Source: Heptranchias perlo (lineage: Eukaryota). Taken from it: a stretch of 64,000 nt of DNA. The stretch spans positions 12,462,001 to 12,526,000 of the forward strand of contig NC_090364.1 of NCBI RefSeq assembly GCF_035084215.1, written 5' to 3'. Of the stretch, positions 1-11,400 are shown one piece after another. Below the pieces are notes generated by a model that was not told the DNA's origin, did not search any database, and was given only the letters and a program-made list of their open reading frames with translations. A program made the position numbers and the translations under genes. Each line of letters begins with the position of its first letter. The stretch's first letter is position 1.

Positions 1-530
1 GCACCGCACCTTCAGAAGGACATATTGGCCTTGCAGGGAGTGCAGCGTAGGTTTACTAGAATGATACCCAGACTTCAAGGGTTAAGTTACGAGGAGAGAT
101 TACACAAATTGGGGTTGTATTCTCTAGAGTTTCGAAGGTTAAGGGGTGATCTGATCGAAGTTTATAAGATATTAAGGGGAACGGATAGGGTGGATAGAGA
201 GAAACTATTTCCGCTGGTTGGGGATTTTAGGAGTAGGGGGCACAGTCTAAAAATTAGAGCCAGACCTTTTAGGAGCGAGATTAGAAAACATTTCTACGCA
301 CAAAGGGTTGTAGAAGTTTGGAACTCTCTTCCGCAAACGGCAATTGATACTAGCTCAATTGCTAAATTTAAATCTGAGATAGATAGCTTTTTGGCAACCA
401 AAGGTATTAAGGGATATGGGCCAAAGGCAGGTATATGGAGTTAGATCACAGGTCAGCCATGATCTTATCAAATGGCGGAGCAGGCACGAGGGGCTGAATG
501 GCCTACTCCTGTTCCTATGTTCCTATGAAT
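1..530 (+). mobile_element. CR1 LINE 3' end (ORF2 C-terminus + 3'UTR)
   Basis: VQRRFTRMIP..LSYEERL..LGLYSLE.RRLRGDLIEVYKI..RGHSLK..WNSLP, followed by the CR1 tail. Confidence 0.92.
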
Positions 531-1173
531 AAAACATCACAACGAACTCCCAATCCATTTTTTGGAGTGCTTGGACCACACCATTTCCACATCCTTCACT
601 CTGGCTCTTTCTCCTCCCCTCCTCCATCACTTCTGTTTGCTATATTTTTATATTTTTCTTCCTTTACTTTTCCTCTGAAACCACAGGCAGGGAGGGCAGC
701 AGCATGAGACTCATGGTGGGCAGGTTGAGAGACAGTAGTGTGGGTAGTCATTGAATGCTGGGCTTGGAAGAAAACAATACTGGAGACACTACTGTATGCT
801 TGGGGTGGTTTTCTTTTTGGAGAGTCTCCTGGTCTTTGGCCTACCTTAGGAGGGGAGCAGATTGTTGGGGGGAGCAGTGATGCTGGCATGCTTGGACTGC
901 CTAGCTTGAACCAAAGGTCATGATAAATGTCAATCAAAACTTGTCTGCTGACCCTCAAGCATTGCTTTGCATTGAAGTTTTTAAAAACATTTTGCTTACA
1001 TTTGATGATTCTTTAAAACAGTATATTTTAGCAGGGCAGTGTATGCCTTTCAACTCATACCTACTCACCACGACAGCCTCTCTCCGGCCTCATTCATTCG
1101 TCTCCCTTGGCCTCTTCCCGGTTCTACTGCTTTTGCTCTCTACTCTTCTTTCTGTCGCCTGCTGTCACTCCAT

Positions 1174-1622
1174 GGCGAGTGGGGACCAATTTGGGGACGG
1201 CGCCACCGAGTGGGGACCAATTGGAACAGTGCCACCGAGTGGGGACCAATTTGGGGACGGCGCCACCGAGTGGGGACCAATTTGGGGACGGCGCCAGCGA
1301 GTGGGGACCAATTTGGGGACGGCGCCACCGAGTGGGGACCAATTTGGGGACGGCGCCACCGAGTGGGGACCAATTTGGGGACGGCGCCACCGAGTGGGGA
1401 CCAATTTGGGGACGGCGCCAGCGAGTGGGGACCAATTTGGTGATGGCGCCACCGAGTGGGGACCAATTTGGGGACGGCGCCACCGAGTGGGGACCAATTT
1501 GGGGACGGCGCCACCGAGTGGGGACCAATTTGGGGACGGCGCCACCGAGTGGGGACCAATTTGGGGACGGCGCCAGCGAGTGGGGACCAATTTGGTGATG
1601 GCGCCAGTGAGGGGGGACCAAT
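1174..1622. repeat. 31-bp GC-rich minisatellite, about 14 copies
   Basis: Unit GGCGCCACCGAGTGGGGACCAATTTGGGGAC repeated almost perfectly. Confidence 0.97.
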
Positions 1623-1649
1623 GTAGATCAGCAAGGAAGGGGGGATAGT

Positions 1650-2110
1650 GGATGGGACTTAGAGTGGGATAGGTTATGGGCTCCAGAGTTTTGGATGGGC
1701 TGAAGTTGATGGAGAATGAAATGGGAGGCTGCCCAGGAGAACATTGGAATAGTTGAGTCTGGAGGTGATAATGGCATGGATGAAGGTTTCAGCTGCAGAT
1801 TCACTGAAGTGGGGGTGGAGGTGAGTGATGTTACTGAGGTGGAAGTAGGTGGTCTTTATGATGGAAAGGATATGGGGTCGGAGGCTTAGGTCAGGGGCGA
1901 ATAGAACATCAAAATTGTGAACAGTCTGAGACAGTGGCCAGGGAGGGAGATGGTATCAGTGGCAAAGGTGGAGAGTTTGTGGCAAGAGCCAAAGGTGATG
2001 GCTTTGGACTTCCCAATGTTTAGCTGGAGGAAATTGCACTTCATCCAAGACTGGATGTCAGACAAGCAGTGGAAGGATCGAGAGAGGTGATGGAGAGGTA
2101 GAGCTAGGTA
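1650..2110 (-). mobile_element. L2 LINE fragment
   Basis: Minus strand reads SAAETFIHAIITSRLNYSNVLLG, typical of the L2 ORF2 C-terminal region. Confidence 0.75.
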
Positions 2111-2825
2111 TCACTCAGATTGTAGAAATGGCTCATGTAGCAACAGTGGGCAGCAAACCAATAGGACCGCTGAATTTGGCAAGAGAAGGCCGCAGGCTGC
2201 ATGGACTGCCTGGCTCGAAACAAAAGTCATGATAAATGTCAGTCAGAACTTGTCTGCTGAACCTCAAGCATTGCTTTGCATTGAAGTTTTAAAAATTATT
2301 TTACTTACATTTGATGATTTTTTAAAATAGTATATTTATATAGTCTGAAGCTTTGCAGGATGGGATACATGATTATGATTTGGTCTAAAAGTCATATTTC
2401 TTACAGTGCCTTTTTTCTACAATTTGCCTAGTTACCCTCACTTTTTCCCACTTCCCTGATTATTACAAATTTTTTAAATAGCCCTGGTTCTGCTTTTTTT
2501 TAAAAATCCTTCCCGTTTTTAAAAAAAGTACCTCAGGTAGTCTGTGTCTTTCTAAAAAGCACCAGTATGTGGTATGTTTTTCTTCCGCTGCTCTTTTTGT
2601 AAAAGCCCAATTGAATACTTTATTTTATGGTCTTTCTTTTCCATTTTTTAAAAATGTCTTTTCCTCACTGTATGTGAATCAGTAAATTCCATGATGCATC
2701 TGCTCTGGAACACTGGCTTCTGCTGTAAGGCACTGAGTTCCATCTAATTCTTCCATTCTGGTTATTAAAGGTGTAAATGCACTATCTTTACTTGCAATTT
2801 TTCCTTTTTCCTCCTCTTATATTTT

Positions 2826-2953
2826 TGGACAAATGTAAGGAATCTTACAACACCAGGTTATAGTCCAACAGAAAAAGCTGTCGGACTATAACCTGGTGTT
2901 GTAAGATTCCTTACATTTGTCCACCCCAGTCCATCACCGGCATCTCCACATCA
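2826..2953. mobile_element. Palindromic short element, probably a Penelope-type terminal repeat (related copies near 26438-26530 and 27868-27960)
   Basis: tggacaaatgtaaggaatcttacaacaccaggttatagtccaaca / tgtcggactataacctggtgttgtaagattccttacatttgtcca hairpin. The copy at 27.9 kb carries a hammerhead motif. Confidence 0.6.
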
Positions 2954-5049
2954 TGGCTTATATTTTTGGAAGTTTTGTTCCCCGTTGTCTTTTTCCCCCA
3001 TATTTTTCAAATTCCTCTTCCCCACTGTTTCTTCCTTTCTTTTCAACTTTTGGTTCTACTTACACACTAACCTAAAATCTGTTTCCCACTCTACACACCC
3101 CAACTCCTCAATACAGGAATCTTCCCCCAACTACTGACTACCCCATTATGTCTTCCATCCCTCCCTTCCCCTTCACCCCTATACTCCAAGTACGAACTAT
3201 ATGCTCAAAAATCATCAATTATTTTCTTACCAAAAACTCACTGCCTTCCCAACTCACTTCACCAGATCACTTAATTCCTCCTACATCCCGCTCAAACCAT
3301 TATGAACCAAATATACTGCTCTCACAAACAACATTGTCTCACCGACTGCAACCAAAGTCACAACCGGTCTGCTTATCATCATAGTAGGTGCAGCACAGGA
3401 GGAGGCCATTCGGCCCATCATGCCCGTGCCGGCTCTTTGAAAGAGCTATCCAATGAGTCCCATGCCCCTGCTCTTTCCCCATAGCCCAGTAAATTTTTCC
3501 CCCTCCAGCATTTATCCAATTGCCTTTTGAAAGTTACTATTGAATCTGCTTCCACCGCCCTCTCAGGCAGCGCGTTCCAAAATCATTACAACTTGCTGCT
3601 TAAAAAAATGTTTCCTCCTGTCGCCTCTTGCTCTTTTGCCGATCACTTTAAATCTGTGTCCTCTGGTTCCCGACCCTTCTGCCACCTTTATAAAGACTAT
3701 GCAGTAGATTTTCCTCCCGCTGCACCTAGGAAATTGGCGTCCCACAGGCGCAGAGAAGAAGGGTGCCCAGTAAATCTTGGCTCTAAGGCCTGTCCCCACT
3801 CTCTGCTCACCAAAGGGGTCCTGGGGGCAGGCCAGTAAGTTTTATCTTTTAATTTTAATACGCTCCAGCATGTTTTGAGGCAAATGGGGCTTTCTGACTT
3901 TTCTAAAAAATTTGTTCTTGGTACGTGGGCATTGCTGGTGAGTCCGGCATTTATTGCCCATCGCCCAGTGGTTTTATTATGACTGAGTGGCTTTCTGGGC
4001 CACTTCAGAGGCCAGTTAAGAGTCAACCACATTGGGTGTGGGACTGGAGTCACATATAGGCCCAGACTGGGCAAGGTCGGCAGGTTTCCTTCCTTAAAGG
4101 ACATTAATGAACCAGTTGGGTTTTTCCGACAATCTGACAGCTTCACGGTCACTTTTACTGAGATCAGCTTTTTATTTGCAGGTTTTTAAAACTGAGTTCA
4201 AATTCTCAAACTGCATGGTGGGATTTGAACTTGAATTGTCTGGATTATTAGTCCAGAAACAGAACCACTACACTGATATGGAGACTGTGCCTGTCTGGGC
4301 ACCTAGAGAGGAAACTCTGCACTCATATCCTTAGACATCGATAAGCAACAGCCATGGCAGATCCAGTAATACAGATATCGCAGTGAGTCAGAGGATCATC
4401 TGTTTTATAAATGCATGAGAAAAGTGTGTGCTAAGTAAATGCGATTTGAAGTAAGTGCTACGTTAACAGGAAGTGGCAGTTATATGCAAGACTATATATA
4501 TATATATAGTCTGTGTTACCCCCCACCACCCAAATGGAGCATGCGATGCTCACCGGTACTTATAGGGCATACACGGGGAATAGAGTGACAGACACACGCA
4601 ATAACATTCTGATTTTGTTTTATAAATTTCCCCTTTGGTTTTGTTGAAAGTAGACTGCATGTTTCAATTATTTTATTAATTGCGCCTCCTTAAAACAAAG
4701 GGGCGTGTGCACATTTGTTTCCCTGTCGTTAACAATGGGGCAACTTTATGGATCAAGTAATAAGGCACCTGAAAAAGACAGGTTAAGGTTTGGGGCGTGA
4801 CCCGTGGTTGTGACAAAGCTCTTTATCCCAAACCTTAAACTCTCTCTTCTTTTATCAAGGGTTCAGTTCCTGGGTATTTTCAGCATTTTCTATTTTTTTT
4901 AAAAAGTTTCACATTTGCAGCCCCCTCCCATACTATTTATATACCAAATGGTTATTTTAAATTTAAACATTGATCAATTGGTGAACGTGGATTTTTTTTC
5001 AGGTGCGGTCAGAGCCTTGGTATTTCGCTCGGAGACCGGGAGGAAAAAA

Positions 5050-5420
5050 GGAAATTTGGGATTTTCCTGAAACTCCATTAAATATCCCCCCCCTCCCTCC
5101 TCCAGTCATGTGGAAATGAAAAGATATGAATCAAAACTTCACGTTGGAAAGTTTGCGGACGTTTCACTGAATCTGCTCCTGCGCTTTTACTTGGTCTAAG
5201 AAAGAAAGTTTTGAAAAAGTCCTGAGAACTTTTGATTGCTACTTTCAGTGTAGCTTTCCTCTACCCGGATCAGTTTCGGTTCTCGGTTCCAGGACTTCCT
5301 AAGAGTGAAATTAACATTCGCTCTCCAGGGTCAAGGAAATCAACAACAACATAATAATCATACCTTTTAATCGGAATTCCTGATCTTTTTGTAAGTGTGT
5401 TTTGACACCGAAACCGTGGC
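5050..5420 (+). promoter_or_regulatory. Putative promoter of the B7-like gene with NF-kB and ISRE-like motifs
   Basis: GGGATTTTCC at 5058-5067 (kB consensus), AGTTTCGGTTCTCGGTTCC at about 5272-5290 (ISRE-like) and GGAATTCC at about 5373. Non-repetitive sequence just 5' of exon 1. Confidence 0.45.
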
Positions 5421-5438
5421 GGACTTTGTACATTACAG

Positions 5439-5467
5439 ATGGAGCTAGGACAGAGGCGCACCTTAAG
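5439..5467 (+). CDS. B7-like gene exon 1 (start, MELGQRRTLR)
   Basis: ATG followed by a strong donor AG|GTAAGA. Phase 2 matches the exon at 20117. A tiny first coding exon is typical of ICOSL/CD86. Immune-type motifs lie upstream. Confidence 0.6.
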
Positions 5468-8400
5468 GTAAGAAGATATTCAAATCGGAGCCTTCTCTGA
5501 TAAAGTTATTACGGTGAGTGCTGGCCACGCCACTCCCCGGGAACTTTAGGTTTCTGGGGTGTTTTACACAAGGCCATTCTGTAAGTTTTTAAGGCCATTG
5601 TAAAACTGAGAGTAAAAATAGTGAGAGGAAACATTTCAAAGTTACAGAATGTTCCATTTTTAATTTCAGGCGTTCGCCTCTCCTCACGCGGTGATACCGT
5701 TTCACCAACTTTGGTTACCTACCATTGCTTTATCTAAGTGCCTATTCATGCTGCTGAGTCTAGACGTGTGTGCTAGTAGGCCCTTCTACAATGGGGAGTA
5801 TCACACCGAGGCCCGAAGCTGCTCCCACCTAATGTCCTCACATGAACACCTTCCATCAGTTGTAACTGGATAGTGAACCCTGTCTGATTATTCCCTTCCT
5901 TTGCTCAATGATCCTGGAGCCAGTTATATTGCCCATGACTGTCCCAGATAACTGGGCATAGATCTAGGGCTATGTCCTTCTTGATCTGTGTGGCTCAGTT
6001 GCAGTCCATTTACTAGATGGCCTTCAGAAGGCTCTTCCTTTTCACTCTTTTCATGAACTAGCATTTAAGTTTTGTTAATATACTCTGTGCTTCCCATTTT
6101 CATTTCCAACCGTAAATCAGCTGGTCCCACTTTCAGGGAAGCCAACGAATCCTTTGCTCAGGGCTACCAGGTGCCGATTGGGAAACACAGTCTGGATGCA
6201 GAGGGTGTGAGGATGTGGCTGTGTTGTGCTCAGTTAATTTCACCTACTTGTAAACCTGTGGTCCCATCAGTGTTGTATTACTCTTTATTGAGGGTTCTCA
6301 GATCTTTTATCAAAATGCCCTGTGTGGTTTTAAATGCATGTTCACAAGCTAATCACAGCCAAAGTTAACAACAAAGTCAATGTATTATGATTGTAATACT
6401 GTTTTGCTAAATAATAGAAACATAGAAAAATTTACATCACAGAAGGAGGCCATTCAGCCTGTCGTGTCTGTGCTGGTCGAAAAAGAGCTAACCAGCCTAA
6501 TCTCACTTTCCAGCACTTGGTCTGTAGCCCTGTAGGTTACAGCACTTCCAGTGCATATCCAGGTACTTTTTAAACGAGTTGAGGGTTTCTGTCTCTACCA
6601 CCCTCTCAGGTAGTGTGTTCCAGACCCCCACCACACTCTGGGTGAAAATGTTTTTCCTCAGCTCCCCTCTAATCCTTCTACCAATTACTTTAAATCTATG
6701 ACCCCTGGTTATTGACCTCTCTGGTAATAAATCAGCGAGTTTGATAAGTAGTTTTATATGTGCTTCATTGAAAATTCTGGAAATGCTCAATCGGTCCATC
6801 AGCATCTCTAAAGAGAAACAAGTAAATGTTTCAGGTAGAGTCATAAGAAATAGGAACAGGAGTAGGCCATACGGCCCTCGAGCCTGCTCTGCCATTAAGA
6901 TCATGGCTGATCTTTGACCTCAACTCCACTTTCCCGTCTGGTCCCCATATCCCTTGACCCTTCAAAAGAGCCAGAGGTGAGATGAGGAATAATTTTTTAA
7001 CACAGCGAGTTATTGAAAATTGTTTCCGGTGGCAGAAGGGTTGGTAACCAGTGTACACAGATTTAAGATGATTGGCAAAAGAACCAGAGGTGATATGAGG
7101 AGACATTTTTTTATGCAGCGAGTTGTTATGATCTGGAACGCACTGCCTGAAAGGGCGGTGGAAACAGATTCAATGGTAATTTACAAAAGGGAATTGGATA
7201 AATACTTGAAAGGGAAAAAAAATACAGGGCTATGGGGAAAGAGCAGGAGAGTGGGACTAATTGGATAGCTCTTTCAAAGAGGTGGCACAGACACGATGGG
7301 CCAAATGGCCTCCTACTGTGCTATACCATTCTATGATACCTTTATAATCTGGAATGCACTGCCTGAAAGGGTGATGGAAACAGATTAAATAGTAACTTTC
7401 AAAAGGGAATTGGATAAATACTTGAAGGGAAGAGAATTGCAGGGCTATGGGGAAAGAGCAGGGGAGTGGGACTCATTGGGTAGCTCTTTCAGTGAGCTGA
7501 CACAGGCATGATGGGCCGAACAGCCTCCTTCAGTGCCATAAGATTCTGTGATTCTATGACCAGAACTGAAAGTAAAGCAAGCTCTTTAATAAAACTGAAC
7601 AAGACAAGTGGGAAGTGAGATAATGGTTGCAAGTTCAAATGAGTTTTGTAGAAAAGGTAGGAAGAGGTGAACAGTGGTGGGTACTCTACGAAAATCATTG
7701 CAGTAAGGCACGGAACGACACTGAAAGAACAAAAGGCCATGACCATAGCTAACGAAGAAAACTGCAGATGCTGGACCCCTGAAATAGAAACGAACCATGC
7801 TGGGAACGTGCAGCATGTCGCCACCGGAAAAAAGAAGACGGGCCAATGCCAGACCAAGACCCCCCCCCCTCTCCAACCAGTGCTGTTCTGTGATAACTGG
7901 TCCTTCCCCAGATGCTGATGGAATTGCTGTGCATCCCCCACACCCCCTGACACTGAGGATGGGAGAGAAAGATGAGTTCTGAATGCAACTCCTCTGGGGA
8001 GGGGTCTGCACTCGGTGTGGGCTAGCCTTTCCTCGTTTCAGGTACAGACATGGTTGCTATGTGTTCCTGGTGAAGTTTGCTTTCATTTTAAGGTTCCAGC
8101 ATCTGAAGTTTCCTCATTAGCTATAATCATTGTGTTTTTTTAAAATGTCTTTTCATGTCTTTGGGGCATAATATCAATTAACATCTTCCCCCATCAATAA
8201 TATCTACCCCCCCACATCAATAATATCTCTCCCCTGCATCAATAAATATCGTCCCTCACCCACCCTGCCTTTCCTTCCCCTTTTTTACATAGAATTACAG
8301 AGAATGTACAGCACAGGGATAGGCTATTCGGCCCAACTGATCCATGCAGGTGTTTATGCTCCATACGAGCCTCCTCCTACTCCTCTTCATTCAGCCCTAT

Positions 8401-11400
8401 CAACATAACCTTCCTTCCATTCCTTTCTCCCTCATGTGTCTATCTAGCTTCCGCTTAAATGCATCTATGCTTCAGAGTAGTAAATCTTCAGAGAGATTTG
8501 GGTGTCCTCACACAAGAAACACAAAAAGTTACCATGCATGTACAGCAACCAATAAGGAAGGCCAATGACATGTTTGCCTTTATTGCAAGGGAGTTTGGAG
8601 TACAACAGTAAGGAAGTCTTGCTGCAATTGTACAGGGCTTTGGTGAGACCTCACCTGGAGTACTGTGTACAGCCTTGGTCTCCTTATCTAAGGAAGGATA
8701 TACTTGCCTTAGAGGCGGTGCAACAAAGGTTCACTAGATTGATTCCTCGAATGAAAAGGTTGTCCTATGAGGAGAGATTGAGTAGAATGGGCCTATACTC
8801 TCTGGAGTTTAGAAGAATGAGAGGTGATCTCATTGAAACTTACAAGATTCCGAGGGGGCTTGATGGGGTAGATGTTGAGAGGTTGTTTCCCATGGCTGAA
8901 GAGTCTAGAACTAGGGGTCATAGTCTCAGGATAAGTGGTCGGCCATTTAAGATCGAGGTAAGGAGGAATTTCTTCACACACAGGGCTGTGAATTTTTGGA
9001 ATTAACTACGCCAGAGGGCTGTGGATGATGAGTCATTGAGTATATTTAAGGCTGAGAATGATAGATTTTTGGACTCCAGGGGAATTAAGGGATATGGGGA
9101 TTGGGCAGGAAAGTGGAGTTGAGGTCGAAGATCAGCCATGATCTGATTGAATGGTGGAGCAGGCTTGAGGGAGACAACATTAAAAAAAAATTGCATTTGC
9201 AAACAAATGAGAAAATGTTTGTCAAAGACACAGTGACAACTTAAAGGGGAAGCTAATATTAACCGGGATAGAATCAGTGTAAATGGTATAGAGGGCACAG
9301 AATTCTTAAAATGCATTCAGGAGAACTTTTTTAGCCAGTACGTAGCAAACCCAATAAGAGAGGGGGCAGTTCTGGAGTTAGTTTTAGGGAATGAAGCTAG
9401 GCAGGTGGAAGGTGTATCAGTGGGAGAGCATTTTGGTGGTAGTGATCATAATTCAGTTACATTTGGCGTAGTTATGGAAAAGGACCAAGATAGAACAGGA
9501 GTTAAAGTTCTTAATTGGGGAAAAGTTCAATTTTACCAAGCTGAGATTTGATTTAGCAAAAATGGACTGGAAACAGCTGCGTGAAGAGCAGTGGGAGGCA
9601 TTCAAGGAGGAAATAGTGAGGGTTCAGAGCAAATATGTTCCCACAAAGAAAAAGGGCGAGACTCCCAAATCTAGAGTCCCCTGGAAGTCAAGGAGCATAC
9701 AGGGTAGGATAAGGCAAAAAAGGGAAGCTTATGTCAGACACTGAGTTCAATACTTCAGAAAGCCTAGAGGAGTATAAAGAGTGCAGGGGTGAAATTAAAA
9801 AGGATATTAGAAAAGCAAAGAGAGGGCATGAAAAAATATTGGCAAGTAAAATTAAGGAAAACCCAAAGATATTTTATGAATATATAAAGAGCAAGAGGAT
9901 AACTAAGGAAAGAGTAGGGCCTATTAGAGTCCAAAAAGGTAACCTACATGTGGAGGCAGAAGATGTGGGTGTGGCTCTTAATGAATACTTTGCATCTGAA
10001 ATCACAAAAAAGGGGGATGATGCAGACGTTGTAGTTAAGGAGGAGGAATGTGAAATATTGGATGGGATAAACATAGTGAGAGAGGAAATATTAAGGGGTT
10101 TAGCATCCTCGAAAGTAGATAAATCGCCAGGCCCGGATGAAATGTATCCCAGGCTGTTAAAAGAAGTAAGGGAGGAAATAGCGGAGGCTCTGACTGTCAT
10201 TTTCCAATCCTGTCTGGCTACAGGTGTGGTGCAGGAGCACTGGAGGACTGCTAACGTTGTACCATTGTTTAAGAAGGAAGAAAGGGACAGGCCAAGTAAT
10301 TATAGGCCAGTCAGCCTAACCTCGGTGATGGGCAAATTAGCGGAAAAAGTTCTGAGGAGCAGTCATTTAGAAAGGCATGGATTAGTCAAGGACAGTCAGC
10401 ATAGATTTGTAACAGGAAGGTCGTATCTGACTAACTTGATTGAATTTTTTGTAGCAGTAACAAGGAGGGTTGATGAGGGTAGTGCGTTTGGTGTAATCTG
10501 CATGGATTTTAGCAAGTCTTTTGACAAGGTCCCACGTGGCAGACTGGTCAAAGAAGTAAAAGCCCATGGGATCCAAGGGAAAGTGGCAAGTTGAATCCAA
10601 AATTGGCTCAGTGGCAGTAAGCAAAGGATAATGGTCGACGGGTGTTTTTGTGACTGGAAGCCTGTTTCCAGTGGGGTTCTGCAGGGCTCAGTACTGGGTC
10701 CCTTGTTTTTTTTTGTAGTATATATCAATGATTTAGACTTAAATGTAGGGGGCATGATTAAGAAGTTTGCAGATGATACAAAAATTGGCCATGTGGTTGA
10801 TAGCGAGGAAGAAAGCTGTGGCCTGCAGGACGGTATCAATGGACTGGTCACGTGGGCAGAAAAGTGACAAATGGAATTCAATCCGGAAAAGTATGAGGTA
10901 ATGCATTTGGGGAGGGCAAACAAGGCAAGGGAATACGCAATAAATGGGAGGAGTGTAGAGGAACAGAGGAACCTTGGAGTGCATGTCCACAGATCCCTGA
11001 AGGTAGCGGGACAGGTAGATAAGGTGGTTAAGAAGGCATTGGGGATACTTTCCTTTATTTGCTGAGGCATAGAATATAACAGCAAGGACGTTATGTTAGA
11101 ACTGTATAAAACACTAGTTAGGCCACAGCTTGAGTACTGCGTACAGTTCTGGTCACCACATTGCAGGAAAGATGTGATTGCACTAGAGAGGGTGCAGAGG
11201 AGATTTACGAGGATGTTGCCAGGACTGGAGAAATTTAGCTATGAGGAAAGATTGGATAGGCTGGTGTTGTTTTCTTTGAAACAGAGGAGGCTGAGGGGAG
11301 ATTTAATTGAGGTGTATAAAATTATGAGGGGCCTAGATAGAGTGGATAGGAAGGATCTATTTCCCTTAGCAGAGAGGTCAATAATCAGAGGGCACAGATT

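Larger units (their letters stand above)
893..2338. repeat. Diverged direct repeat of about 140 bp (893-1030 and 2201-2338)
   Basis: tggactgcct..gtcatgataaatgtca..cttgtctgctga..ctcaagcattgctttgcattgaagtttt..cttacatttgatgatt occurs twice. Confidence 0.85.

Noticed and set aside
915-955. C/D-box snoRNA-like ggtcATGATAA..CTGAcc in the direct repeat
   Set aside because: Only about 40 nt, imperfect C box, and the terminal stem is not kept in the second copy.
920-1648. Six overlapping ORFs of 134-242 aa, and a possible CRISPR-like array
   Set aside because: Artefacts of a stop-free 31-bp tandem repeat; there are no unique spacers and the context is eukaryotic.
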